Origin: the human T2T-CHM13v2.0 reference genome, Homo sapiens
Direction: 5' to 3' (one strand)
DNA length: 64,000 bases
Assembly (NCBI RefSeq): GCF_009914755.1
Contig: NC_060930.1
Shown here piece after piece: positions 16,401-34,286 of this stretch. A model generated the notes under the pieces. It saw nothing but the letters and a program-made list of their open reading frames with translations. It was not told the DNA's origin and ran no database searches. Each line of letters begins with the position of its first letter. Position 1 is the first letter of the stretch. Position numbers and translations under genes: made by a program.

Positions 16401-16402
16401 TC

Positions 16403-16698
16403 TTTTTTTGAGACAGGGTCTCACTCTGTCACCTAAGCTGGAGTGCTGTGGCATGATCAGGGCTCACAGAGTCTCAGCCTCTGGGGCTCAAGCAATCCTC
16501 CCACCATGCGATTCCTCCCAAATAGCTGGAATCACAGGTATGCACCACTGTGCCTGGCTAATTTTTTTTTTAACTTTCTGTAGAGATGGGGTCTCACTAT
16601 GTTGCCCAGACTAGTCTAGAACTCCTGGGCTCAAGCAATCCTCCCCTGTCAGGTTCCCAAAGGGCTGGGATTACAGGCGTGAGCCACTGTACCTGATC
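16403..16698 (-). mobile_element. Alu (AluJ-like)
   Basis: Reverse Alu, ctcctgggctcaagcaatcctcc. Confidence 0.92.
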
Positions 16699-18233
16699 TC
16701 AACACTCATTTTTTAAAGAGCCCATTCAGTGACCATAAAATTCATCTGGAAAAATTAATAAAGAATACTGAGATATCAACCTCCAAAACCCAAATCAAAC
16801 ATCTCCTCTGTGAAGCCTTCCCAAACCTCACCTTTATTTTTTTACCCTCGCCTTTCTGAAGTAGAGTTGGAGGCTCCTCAGTCCCCCCTCCCTCCATCAC
16901 CACATTCATTTAACACAGGGACTGTAATGCAATCAATCAATGGCCATGTGTCTGATTCCCCTCAGGACTCAGTGCCCTGAGGACAGAGACATGGTATATC
17001 ACCAGGGCTAACTACTATGGCTACTGGATGGTAGATGTGCAATAAACATTTCCTAGTTAAGTCATTCACCTATTTATTTATTCCACTGATGACTTCTGCA
17101 GCTGTGTGTTTACATGAAATTGATCTGTAATTTCCTTCTTGAAATGAGCAGGGCATGGACAAGCCCACTCAGTTCCAAGCACATACAGAGAAGCTGTGGT
17201 CCAGTGGGCAGGCCTCCTGTCTGGAGAGATGCTGGCAATCTCTAGCTGGCTGGGCTCACAGGGACTGTGGGGAAGGGGACAGCCTAGAACAAAATTATGA
17301 ATAGTCCCAACAAGTGGGCAAAGCTCTATGATGGGGGAAGTCAGGATGGGCAACCCTCTGCAACTCAGGCATCAGGACATCTATTGAAGGTTACTAAGGC
17401 TCCATCCATCCGGCTGGACTGGGCAAGATTCCAACCCCTGAGAGTAGGACTAGTGATGCCAGCTACTAGTTATCAATAAACACTGTGCACTGGTTCTATG
17501 ACCACCCTGTCAGGTATATTCTATTGCTCCTGTCTCATACATAAAGAAACTGAGGTCCGGGAGGGTTAAGTAATTTACCCAGAGTCACACAGCCAGTAAG
17601 CAGATGAGCTAGAATTCAAACCCATGTCTCCCCACCACACCTGGTTATCACTAACAAAGGGACAGGACAGGGTCTTGGTCCCAATTCGGGACCTGGATAT
17701 CAGGCACGTTAGCAGAACAGGAACTAACACAGAAGCCTCTTAGAAGAACTGAGACTCAGAGAAGGAAACGGGACACAGGAACGAGGCAGGAGGCCCTGCC
17801 ATGTCAAAGCCAGAATAGTGTCTGAGCCCAGAATCCTAGCCAGAAGGGATCTGAGTCTCCGTTTCCTCAGACCAGACATGACTATAAGACCTGAGGGCAG
17901 GGCTTGGCTGAAGGAAATAAGCCAAGGAGCTGCCCTCACCAGGGATGAGGCAGGCAGGGTCTGGATGGGTGTGCACCACTCAGCCCAACAGACCCCACAG
18001 AGAACCAACGTGTAGTGACACAGGCTTCCCACCATGGGCAACATCAGCTGCACTCAGAATGGGAGGGAGGCTGTGGAACATGGAGAATCTGACTTTGAAT
18101 AAATGTCTGAAAATCTTGGCCTTTGGTTTTCTTATCTGTAAATGAACACGGCTGGACCAGATGGCTTCTGCAGACACCGTGGATTCTGTTTTTCATTTGG
18201 GGATTCTTTGCCTTAACACCACCAATTATTTGA

Positions 18234-18606
<373 letters not shown>

Positions 18607-18886
18607 TAGTAATGAACTATAGAAATGATTCCTGAAAGTACAGTCTTAACAGCACCATTTAAATCAGGGGTCCTATGTATGGTCATAACTAGCCAGGCTT
18701 TAGGAGGTTTGCAGCTCACACAGGCGAAATAAAAACCAGGAGTTTGGTGTGCATGAATACAAAATTGGGGAATGTTTCTGAAGAGAAAGTCCATGGCCTC
18801 CATCATATTCCCAAAGAAGTCTGTCAGCCACCAAAAATGTTAAGAACAACTAACAACTAACTGATCCAAATGGACCTACAAAGTCA

Positions 18887-19235
<349 letters not shown>

Positions 19236-19614
19236 CTCAGCTAAATCAGTGGAGGCTAGGACAGCAATGCTTAGCCAAAGCAGTCAGGTCAACCGACCAA
19301 ATGTGCCCAAAGAAATTTTGTAGCCACAAACCATCTTCTACCCTCTCGGACCATCTAGAAAGAATACGGCCACTAATGAAGCCAAAAAAAGTGATTAGGT
19401 GGGTCAGGGCATCTCATCTTCACCACTTCAATAGAAAACAGGATGAATTTCATTGCAATAGTTAGAAGTATCATCTTTTTAACAGTTGGTGTATTCGTTC
19501 AATACTGGATACTTGGGTACTTAGTATCACTTAATATCACTTAATATCCTCCACCTAATATCAGTGGAGGAACAGGTATCATTTTCTCTACTTTCTCACT
19601 CCCCAAAGGTAGAC

Positions 19615-20050
<436 letters not shown>

Positions 20051-20479
20051 TGTGCTTGCGTTGGCCAAAATTTACATAAGAAAAAAATGAAAGATAAAAG
20101 AAAAATTAAAAGTGAAAATACAAGTAACAAGAATGTGAGCAAATGTCAGGGAAGAGAAGGAAAGCCAAAAGTTGGCCCTTTGGGGAAGAAAATTTTTCGT
20201 GAAATTAATAAACCATGGGCCCAATTAATTTCAAAGGAATAAACTGGAAAAGTTAGAAAAGAAACACAAAGACCCAATAAAAGTGCCACTGATACAAGGA
20301 ATTTTATGTGCAATCTTCAGATAATAACTTTGAAAGACAAAATCAACAGGGCGGTACTTAAAAATTTACAAGACACCCAAATGAAAGCAAAAGGAGAGAC
20401 ACAAACTGAGCAGCAACAAGTAAGTGAAAAACAACCAAGGGGAAAGCATCTGGACTTAAAGCATCCTTGGAGGGTCTTT

Positions 20480-23130
20480 CAATAATGTGTAAACATTTTT
20501 TAGCCACTTAAATATACAGGCAAAACATTCACACTTTTTTTTAATGCGCCATAAAGTGTAGGCCTCTCTCAATACCACTCTGTCCCAAGAGGGCACCTCT
20601 GTTACAAGCCTGGTTCACAGCTTTCAGGCCTCTTTTGCATGAATAAGTGATTCCATCAAAAATATTATACTGTCAAAAACATGATATCGTTTTGTGCGTT
20701 TTCTTTTTTCAAAAATAGTGTCACCCTGTACTATTACTCTGCAACTTGCTTTTTTCACTCCAAATTACGTTTCTGAGATCTAGTCTTACGACTAGTTACT
20801 AACTTAATATATTCCTTTTAACTACTCTTGCAGTGTTTTCCAACTTTTTTGACTGAATCACACAGTAAGAAATACACTTTACATTGCAATCCAGTTCACA
20901 TTTGTGAATACACAAAACTGAAACAAAAGCTCACCAATTATTCAGCCACATTATGTGCAATGCACTCCGTTATCTTCTATTCTTTTGTTTCACACGGTGT
21001 CAAAACCCACTAAGGTATTTTATTGACGCACTAAAGGTCTGAACAACCCAGGTTTTATTTAGCCCATCTCCCACTGATGGATATTTACATTGTTGTCTTC
21101 AATTTTCCATGATTACAATAATGTCCAATGAACATTGTACATGTGAGTGTTTCTCTAGGACAGATACCTATTAGTGGAACTGCTGGGTTCTAAGAGATGG
21201 GCATTCATAATTTAGATAAATATCACAAATTGCCTTCCAAAGCAATCGTATCCATTTACTCTCACCAGCAATGTATGAAAGTAATTTTTCTTTACACTGT
21301 CACCAAATCAGTGTATTATTAAATATTTTGATCTCTTCCAATCTGATAGGTTACAAATGCCTTCTTATTGCAGCTCTGATTTGTACTTTTTATTATAAGA
21401 GGGTTGTGGGTCTTTTCATATATTTAAGAACCACTTACACTTCTTTTCTGTGAATTTCTATCCATGTCCTTTTGCCCATTTTTCAATTAATGACCCTTTT
21501 TATTTATTTTTAAGGGCTCTTTGTATATTAAGAAAATTAACTCCTTTTATCATATTTTTTCCAAATTATTTTTCTCAGATTATCATGTATCTTTTGACTT
21601 TGTTTACAGTGTTACTCTTATGAAGTGGATCTCATTTTGATGTTGTCAAATGTATCAGTCTTTTATGTTATAGCTTCTGGGATTTGTGTCAAACTTAGGA
21701 AGGTCTCTCTACTCCAAGACAACAGAAAAATTCTTCTATGGCTTTTACGCTTTCATTCTTTATTTAACCATTTGACCTATGTTTGATAGGCTTATTCTGG
21801 TCTAAGGCATGTATTAGGGATCCTGCTCTTTCTTATCTCTCAGATAGCTATCTGGTTATGAAGATCCTATATTTTTCCATACATTTGAAATACTGCGTTT
21901 ATCACAAAATACACACATGTATACACACACCCTTATTTATTTTGGGCTCACTATTCTGTCCCATCACTTATTCAGCCAATTAGTACCAAGTGATCTTAGT
22001 TATTGTAGTTTTTTAAAATGTTTACCATGTATCAGAGCTAGAACTTCCTTTTTCTTTTTTATATTTTTCATGCATGCTAATTTTTCCATATGAACTTAGA
22101 ACCAGCTTTTCTACACCCAAAATAATCCTAGTGGTAATTTTATTATGATCACACTTCACATGTATAGGAAAAGTGACACTTTTATAACACTGACTCTTTC
22201 TAGCCAAGATTATATTATTTTTCTCTTTAAGTCTTTTATGCCCGTTGGTAGTGCTGAGATTATATGTTAATATAATTTTATTAAGCTTATAACTAGATAT
22301 TTTATCTCTTCTGTTGCTTATACAAGTGGGATTTTTTTTCTTCCATCATATTTTCTAGCTGGATATTTATGGGGGAGTACTACTGATTTTTGTGCATTAA
22401 CTATGCACCAAACTACCTTACTGAATTCTCTTGTTTGTCTTTTAGTTTTGCCTTTTCCTTCTAGGTTTTATACCTCTTATCTAATTACACCAGCTTATCC
22501 CCACCAGAACAAGGTTATATAATTATGGTGTTTAATCGGGATTTTAATGGGAATGCATCTAGCATTCACCATTTTAATACTAAGCAAAATTTTGGCTACT
22601 TGCTTGACAAAAATGTATTTTCCCATGTTGAGGAGGTATCCAATTATTTCTATAGCAGTTTTTATTAGAAACGGATGTGTAATTTTTCATAAACCTTTTC
22701 AGCATCTTATTTTCTCCTTAGATCCTTTAATACAATGAATTTTTATTAACAGAAATCCTAAAGTTAACCTATCCTTACCTTCCTGTTCTGGAACTCCCGT
22801 GACCATGGAGTTCTTTAAATGGGCTGCTGGGTTCTAATTATGTTATTAGAATGTCGCATCTTCAGTATTCAAAACAGAGACCACTTTGTGGCTCTGTGTG
22901 CACACCTGTTTTTTTGTCACATTTTGTTACACTAGCTTCATAAAAAGAATTTAAGCGCTCTTTCTCTGCTTTAGGACAATGTAAATGGCATTAGAATCAC
23001 CTGTACCTTCAATATTTGAAAACATTTACCTGTGAAACCATCTGGTCCTGGGACTATTTTAAGGAATAGCTCTGATAACTTTCTCCATTTCTTCTATGGT
23101 AATTGGTCTGTTAAAATTTTATTCTATTCT
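20480..23130 (-). mobile_element. Old L1 (L1ME-like) 3'/ORF2 fragments
   Basis: Long T-rich antisense L1-like text (ccactgatggatatttacattgtt..., cctgtgaaaccatctggtcctgggact). Confidence 0.7.
20830..21045. mobile_element. hAT-Charlie-like MITE within L1
   Basis: cagtgttttccaactttttt...cacagtaagaaatacactttacatt; related to the element at 27539-28157. Confidence 0.55.
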
Positions 23131-24332
23131 AGTGTCTGGGTTTTTTGTGTGTGTTTTTTTTAAGAACACATACTTTCATGTTATATAAACTATTTCTAAA
23201 CATAGAAAAAGATCCTACCAGCATCACTATAAGAAGTAAATATAGCCTCCACCCCAAACCTTACCAGGACAACGCCCAGCCAGCCTGGTTCCTAGCTACT
23301 GCACCCCTCCTCCCTGCCCTTTTTAAGGCCTCATCTTTTCTCACCAACAGACTCACAAAAAAAGAGGACAGACAGGTTTGCAACAAACCAGAAACATACT
23401 CCAAAGCAACATGGGGGCTAACCCTGCCCACCCCATCTCCAATGCCATCAGGGAAGGACTGCTGAAACTCGCCTTACCTTCTCTTATGTAGCCAAATGGC
23501 CCATTCCCCTCTCAGTGGAGGCCCTTCTAATTTTGTCTGGGCTTCTTTTTCTGAGCCTTCACCAGCCCCTACCCCACGGCTGAAGCCAGCAGCCCACCCC
23601 ACTCCACTCACTCCAAATCCTCTGCCTCCTATGCACAGTATGAAGGGATCCATGTGTATGCCTGTCCACCAGGCACCCGGCAGAGGCTGAGGCACCTGTT
23701 ATACACCGGTCCTGCCCTCTAAGAGTGTGTCACCTGAGTGAAGGGTTAGGACCTGTCCACAATTAACAAAAAGCCCCCCAGGAAACAGCCCAGTATGATG
23801 AGGCACTAAACAGTGCAGCAGAGAGTGGTCCAAGGGTATAAAGAGGAGGAACGACTGGCCGGCCAGGAAACCCACATCCAGCAAGAGACAGAGGGCAAGG
23901 CTGAAGACCGGCATCTGCCCATCTGCCTGGCCAGAGCAGGGGCCAGATAAACCTGGAACACATGGGCCCTGGAGCCCCAGCAAGAGGTTTGGACATGACA
24001 CAGCAGACAACCAGAGCCCCTGTGGGCTCCAGGGAGTAACAGGAAGAAAGTGGTGTTTTGGTCACACCCCCCCAACAGTCTATGATGCCAGACTTGCATT
24101 CAAAGAAATGGCTAGCTGCGCCAAGAACTCGGTGAGCTGCAGAGGGTGAATAAACCACAACCCTGCGCTGATGCCACAAGTGACAATGAACACACACACA
24201 TACAATTCCAGGCTCTAATGACAGAGAGCAGACTGGAATCATACCACAGCACTAGGGTTTAAATCTTTTACTGCACTACACAATAAAAACCACATTGCCA
24301 CAAATCTCTAACCTCAGGGGGCATCTGTGCTA

Positions 24333-24905
<573 letters not shown>

Positions 24906-27269
24906 TAGATTATACTAAGGCTCTAGTGGGCTCGTAGGTAGTTGATTAAGGGCACTAACCACAGGCAGAGAGAGAACTGGGGGCTGCCTGTGGCCTGCGG
25001 CAGAGCACCCAAACTAATCAACTCATTTTCTATTCAAAAGATTCATGCTGGGGGTTCAGTAACAGGCAGGGCTGCCTTAAAGCCAATAGTAAATGGAAAC
25101 CACCCCCTGCATTTCACAACTGCTGTCTAATTACCTTCATGTAACCTCTCACAGTGCCCTAAGCCAGCTCTTTCAAGTACTGATGCCACTAATCAAGTCA
25201 TAAAGCCTTAAAGCATCATATTATTAGCCTTGATAACAGGGTGTAAAACAAACCTGAACAACAATGCATTCACTTCTCCTCCCAGCTGAGGCCATCAGTC
25301 AAGCTACGTTACAACCCGGGTCAAGGGAAAATGCACTTAACCAGTGAGAATCCCATATCCAGGATGGCCCGTGCCAGAGAAAAGTAGTAGCTTTTTAAAC
25401 GAACTATTTGAGAAGATTCTGGAAACTGATATGAACTGCCACAATCCCAGAGACTTCTTTCCTGTCTCCATCTCTTTAGATAATTCAAAACCTGGAAGAA
25501 GTTTCTACTTCCCCCCACCGCCCCACCCCACCCCCCACCCCGGCTTCTGCTGAGTCCCCTCTCCTCACTCAGGTCACCTGCTTAGGCACAGAGTGACCGG
25601 TTCAGATCAACCCCCCTCACAAACCACAGTGCTCCCCATCATGGCTCGATTCTGAAATCAGGCAGCCTGTGTTTCAAGCGCATGCCTGTGGCCTGCATGT
25701 CCGAAGGCAGACCTGGACCCCACCTCCATGCGACTCACAAAATTAACCCTCCTACCCATCCCCCAACATGTGCCAACAAATTAGGGTTCTAAAGTGCGCA
25801 GAACCTCAGCACCTTACTATACACTGGGGGGATTCACAAGACACAATCCCTGAACTTGAGAGCTGCTACAAGAGGAGATATAGCACTCCAAGCTTATGCA
25901 GCAACCAAACCTTAAGGTCCCTAGTGGCTGGCACCCACGGATTTGGAGAATGTCCTATATTTGGGCCCACAGTTCTACAGCACATAACTAATGACAACTC
26001 CATGGTGGGGATTAGGTCATTGGCTCTGGAAGGAAACAAGGCTGAGGATGTACCCTGCTCAGGGCAAGCACTCCTGCCGTGGTGTTGACTGGGCAGAATG
26101 TGAGGAACAAGAATTAACCTGTCCTCCAATGGCCACGGGTGGGTAACTCACCTGAGATTACACACTGGGTGTTAATGCTGAAACCACAGCTCAGGTCCCC
26201 CAACTGCCAAGCAGAGGTTCTTTCCACTAAATCACACTCCCTTCACCTCCATTTTGGAATTCCTCAATGAAATTAGCATTAGAAGATTTGTCTTTTATTT
26301 GTTCTTTATTCTCCCCACAACCTCAACCAACCTCTAGCGCCCTCTTTCTCTTGGGGAAGCAATGTGATTTAACCTACCTAGGAGCTTCTCCTGTTCTGCT
26401 ATCCATGAGATGGGAGGACGGCAAAGCAAAGTCACCTCCCTTCCCAGGACTTAGTTTCCTCTTCCCTAAATGAAGGGGTTAGTGGAGATACTTTCTCAGA
26501 TCCTTTCCAGCTTTAAGCAGAATCAATAGGCACTTCACTTTGTAGCTAAAACAGAAAAGAGGCCCCCTAAACTATGGCCCCTGCCTCATCCTGGTCTCTG
26601 CAGGGAGGATGGGCTGGTCCAGGAACCTGATAAGAAGCTCCAGTCCACAAAGAACCCATCCACCAATCGCCTCCCGTGGTCCACCCAGAGCTTCCCCAGC
26701 CCACACAAGAGGAGGAACAGAATGCTGCCGGCAGCCTCTCAAAAACTTGCCAGGAAGAATTCTTAATTAGAGTTTTTTGTTGCATTGCGGTATTTTATTT
26801 TTAATGACTTTTTTAAATTATAGAAATTATAAAGTTAATTCATGCTTATTAGAGAGAATCAGAAAACATTTTATTTTTAATAACTTTTAAAATCATAAAA
26901 TAAATGTACATTTGTTACAGAAAAATCAGGAAACTTATTAAAAGAAAATCTCACCTATAAACAAACCTAAATATGTTTAATTAAATCATATTTCAATCAA
27001 GAATCAAACCCAGGAGTTGGGATTGACTTTAGAGTGATGGTACAGGATGAGTCTTGGATGCTGTCATGTAAGTCATGGGGGGATTACTATGATCCAATCC
27101 AATCTCCCACTGAGGTAGAAGAAGGTGGACAAGAATTCTGCTTCCACTGTCCCTGACAGGGGGCCACCCAGCCTCTGCCCGAACACTTCCCGCTTTTTCA
27201 GCCCTTTTCCAGACAGCCCAGGCCATTTTGGAGGACAGCTCCATCCACGGTTCTTCCTACAGTAGAAGG

Positions 27270-27505
27270 TAGTGAATATGCACAGGCTTTTGAGAAAGCT
27301 GGGCTCAGGTTCAATTCCAGGCTCAGCCTCTTACATGCTCCATGACCCTGGGAAAGTCATTCAGTCTCTTTGAACTTGAATTTCCTCATCTCTGTAATGG
27401 TAACACTAATGCCTACCTCATTGGGTCGTTGTGAGATTTCAATGAGTGAATGTATAGAGCGCACTTGGCAAAGTGCCTTCCATAGTAGTCTAAGTGATCA
27501 ATAAA
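27270..27505 (+). mobile_element. MIR SINE
   Basis: ggttcaattccaggctcagcctcttac...tgaccctgggaaagtcattc...tttcctcatctctgtaatgg. Confidence 0.75.
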
Positions 27506-27538
27506 CAGCAGGTAATATTATTAAATGGTAGCTTGGAA

Positions 27539-28475
<937 letters not shown>

Positions 28476-28509
28476 CACTAACTTATACTAAGACCAAATC
28501 TCTCCTCCT

Positions 28510-28795
28510 AGCCGGGCACAGTGGCTCACACCTGTAATCCTGGCACTCTGGGAGGCCAAGGCAGGCAGATTGCTTGAGCTCAGGAGTTCAAGAACAGCCT
28601 GGCCAACATGACAAAACCCTGTCTCTACAAAAAATACAAGTTAGCCAAGTATGGTGGCGTATGCCTGTAGTTCCAGCTATTCAGAAGGCTGAGGTGGGTG
28701 GATCACTTGTGCCCAGGAGGCGAAGGTTGCAGTGAGCCGAGATCGTGCCTGGGCAACAGAGCCAGACCCTGTCTCCAAAAAAAAAAAAAAAAAAT
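28510..28795 (+). mobile_element. Alu (AluJ-like, small right-arm deletion)
   Basis: Dimeric Alu; gatcgtgcctgggcaac lacks the usual cactgcactccag. Confidence 0.93.
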
Positions 28796-29113
28796 ACAAA
28801 TCTCCTGCCATACCTTCCACCTTTCACTTCTAGCTTTACCTTCTGGAACCATGCAGATCTACTCTGCTCCACCTTCCACCTCAGAGTCTCACATATGAAA
28901 CATCCTTCATTCTCTCAAGCAGTAATTTCACGAGATAGGGCTGCCCAATCCCCCTTCGCTCCACCCCTTTCTGCCCAACTCCTTCCCCTGCACTCTGTGC
29001 CCCTTCCATCACTGCCGTCCAGGATGGCCATGATCATCTAGCAGCTGCCCTACTTCTCCCATGGCCTCTCCACAGCCCCACAGCCTCAGCTCAAGCAGCC
29101 TGGCGTGAGCATC

Positions 29114-29406
<293 letters not shown>

Positions 29407-30249
29407 ATGGGCATCTTTTTGAACCTTCATGCAGGATGCTTTATCCATCCCCAGAGGAACTCATCTTGGTTTCTTCCAGCCCATCCGTAACTCTACTCGA
29501 AAAGCTGGTTCTCTCATACAAACATGTTCCTTCTTTGTCCTTCCACAAATTAGGATGCCATGGAACTCATCAAATAAGAAGAGCGAAAGTGAGGAAGAGT
29601 TTCAGTACGCATATTTGAGCCAAAACTTAAAACCAGAAAGTGCCCCTTTCTTACTCATTTCTAAACTAGCTCTGCTTGCTAACCCTGGAACCAAACCGAG
29701 AAGGCCCCATCACCCAGCCACATCTACGTCCCCCTTACGGTGAAAGCAGCCCCGAGACAAGGAATCACACACCTGGCTGCAAACGCAGCCTTTCAGAGCT
29801 GAGATCTCCCAGCACCACCTTGCATGGGCAGGAAACCATAGATATCAGATGCAGCCACAGTTTCCCATATCCTATCTGCATTTGTAGTGATCAAAAAATA
29901 CATTCGTGGTAATAAGAAAAAAATAAAATAAAATGCACACATATGCACCTAATATCATACTCCAATTGCTAACATTTTATAATTCGGGTTATTTAAAAAA
30001 AAAAGTTTCCAAAGCAATGACAAAAATGTCTACTCTGCCTTCAAAACCCAAGCTGACTCCTCCTTGATCCCATCTGTATCATTGTACTTGGGGAGCTTGT
30101 CACAAACACATTTAAGGGAGTGGTTCTCATAAGAGGAACCTTCGAAAACCTGCCCCCCAACATTTATGGCTTTCTTAGATAATCTGCATCCCAAAACAAT
30201 GTAGTTTTAAGTTTTTATTGACCTTCAAATGTAATAAAAAGATATGCTG

Positions 30250-31030
30250 TTTGGAATATTCAAAGTCTTGTTTTTCTAAATTCAAAATTATATTACTAAA
30301 ATTCACTCAAACCATTACATGTAGATGTTGTTCATTCATTTTGCTGCTGTATAACAATCTATCACATGACAACAATGTATGTACCCATTCTCCAGCTGAT
30401 GGGCATTTGGCTTTCCAGTGTTTTGCCATTATGAAGAGTGCTACTAGGAATATTCTTAGTATATGTCATGTATACATGCTGCCCACGTAAGCAAGTTTCT
30501 CACAATGATTGTATACCCAGAAGTGGAAATGCCAGGACATGCTGTATGTGAATGTACAACATTACAAGATACAGGTTGAACATCCCTAAGCTGAAAACTT
30601 GAAATGTTCCAAAATCCTAAATTTCTTGAATGCCAACATGACAACACAAGTGGAAAATTCTACACTTGACCTCAATCCATGACATGTTGCATCAACTGAG
30701 GTCAAAGCTTTGTTTCATGCATAAAATTATTTTATGCATTTGTTTATATATAACAAGTGCATTATACTATCTCAAATATTCCAAAATCCAAAAAAAAATC
30801 CAAAATCTGAAATACTTCAGTCCCAAGAATTTTGGATAAGGGATCCTCAATCTGTACTACCCAACTGTTTTCCAAAGCAGCTGCATCAAGTTACACGCCT
30901 ACCAGCAGCTCCTAAATGACCATAATGTCCTATCTCCTCTTCAATGCTTGCTACTGCACAGCTTCTTCACGTTTGCCCATCGAACAGGGAAGAAATGGAA
31001 TCTCATTGTGATTTGTATTCCCTGGTTACT
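30250..31030 (-). mobile_element. Old L1 3' fragment
   Basis: cccattctccagctgatgggcatttgg...atacccagaagtggaaatgcc...tctcattgtgatttgtattccctggttactaatga. Confidence 0.7.
30572..30854. mobile_element. Tigger4/MER46-like TcMar DNA transposon inserted in L1
   Basis: TA-flanked terminal inverted repeats caggttgaacatcccta ... taagggatcctcaatctg. Confidence 0.8.
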
Positions 31031-31703
31031 AATGAAATTAAGTGTCTCATCATAAAAAGAGATCCTCTCCCAGCCTAACTCCGTACACTTTTCTTTCATA
31101 GCTCATACCGTTGTCCATAATTAAACATTTGTGGGATTATTTGATGAAAGCCCATCACTATTTTCTTCACCACTGCATACTGTGCAAGTGGCACAAAGTA
31201 GAGCCTCTGTGTATCTGTTGAATTAATGAATGCACGAGTAACCCAGCACATGAGACTACTCAGTTAGTCTTCAAGTTCTGACCTGATTTTATTAAAAGCC
31301 CGGGCTCGTGACTCAGGGTCTGACCTCCTCAGCTGAGTTATCATGGGGGTAAAAGTGACAAGGTACCTCCTAACCTGGACTGAAGAGAGGGAAGGGCCCA
31401 GAGAGGGTGGGGGCAAAGTCCACTCTGGAACTGGAGCGATTAGCCATGCTTCCTCAAAAACAATAATAGTGAAAAAACAACTGCTCTTGTGAATTGCAAG
31501 CTAAGAATGGGTCACATACTTCACACTGACTAATAAGAGCTACCATTTACACAGTGTGCTGTCACTTACTGGATTATTCATCTGACCCTCACAACATCTC
31601 TATGGAATAAATATGACAGCCCCCCCCCAACCCCCTACATTTTACAGCAAAGAAAACTGAGGCTCAGAGAGGCTAAGAAAGTGCCCAGTCACAGAGCACA
31701 TAA

Positions 31704-32120
<417 letters not shown>

Positions 32121-32893
32121 TTATCTTCTCTGCATGGGGCTGCTTTTCCTCCCCACTTGCCCCCACAAACCTCCCCAGGCTCCAAGTTTTGCTCCACATC
32201 CCACAAAGACTTTCCCTGCACGTGGGGAGCAGGGCTCTGGAATACAAGGTCACCCTCCAGTCTGTCCCTTACATTTGCACTGACATACATACTTGACACT
32301 TCCCTGGCTGCAAGATGCTAGGTGTCACCCAGCAAGTTGGCAAGCGGACATCATCCAGGCCCATCTCTCCTAGGGTTCTCCCAAGTCAATGGTTTCCCCT
32401 TCAGTTCTGCAGAAACCAATCCCTTTCCAACTCTGAAAGGCTTTTACTGCAAACTGAAAGCAAACATCTAGCAAATGCCTACTACACACCGGGCACATGA
32501 CATATCTTAACTCAGCAAGAAATACTATGTAGCCACTAAAATTATATAATCCAGACCAACATATGTAAATAAACATGAAACTCTGTGAAGTGAAAAGAAA
32601 GCAACTCAAAAATAGTACCTACATGCCAAATGTGAGTAAACACAGTACCCCCACACAGACACCAGTGGGTAATATAAATAGAAATGGGTGTTCACTAGAA
32701 CCTTTCTTCAGTAAAGTTACCTAGATTTCCAATGTCCCCCAGGAGCTACTTGTCAACTATTTGTAACAGGTCTGGTTTCAAAGCAATGCTACAAATAATT
32801 ATTCCCAAAAAGAATGAAAACTCCATGTGGGTCATGATCACATCTATTTTGTTCGTAGCTGTCTCTCTAACAAAGAGGTGGAAGCCGTCAGAC

Positions 32894-33109
32894 CAGGGAT
32901 CAGCAAATATGACCTGCTGCTAAACCTGGCCAAACACCTGGTTTTGTGAATGAAGTATGATTGGAACGCAGACACGCTCATTCATTTACGAGTGATCTGT
33001 GACTGCTTTTGTGCTACAGCAGCAAAGTTGAGTAGTTAGGACAGAGATACGGCCCACAAAGTAAAAATATCTACTCTCTAGCCCTTTATAGAAAGTTTGC
33101 CAATCTTTG
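32894..33109 (+). mobile_element. MER58A-like hAT-Charlie MITE
   Basis: cagggatcagcaaa...attggaacgcagacacgctcattcatttacg...agttgagtagtt...ggcccacaaag...gccctttatagaaagtttgccaatc. Confidence 0.8.
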
Positions 33110-33270
33110 ATCTAATGCTTAGCCTAGAATTCTGCATATACTGGAATAATACTTATTGAATTAATAAATTCACTTACGAATGTATTATATACATTTAAAA
33201 CCTTATATCAAATTATTATAGGTTTATTTACTTCAATTAACCTAAACCAAGGTAATATATAAGAACTAAG

Positions 33271-33453
33271 GGCTGGGCGCAGTGATTCACGCCTATAATC
33301 CTATAATCTCAGCCTCCCAAAGTGCCTATAATCCTAGCACTTTGGGAGGCTGAGATGGGAGGATCACTTGAGGCCAGAAGCTCGAGACCAGCCTGGTCCA
33401 TGTAGCAAGAACCTATCTCTATAAAAAATACATAAATAAATTTGTTTTTAAAA
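33271..33453 (+). mobile_element. Free left Alu monomer (FLAM-like) with internal rearrangement
   Basis: Single Alu arm; TSD aagaactaagg at 33261 and 33454. Confidence 0.88.
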
Positions 33454-33529
33454 AAGAACTAAGGCTTATTCACCTAGGGCACATAAATGCTTAGCAAATG
33501 AGAAATACGTTCTTTGGTTTATTGTTTGT

Positions 33530-34286
<757 letters not shown>

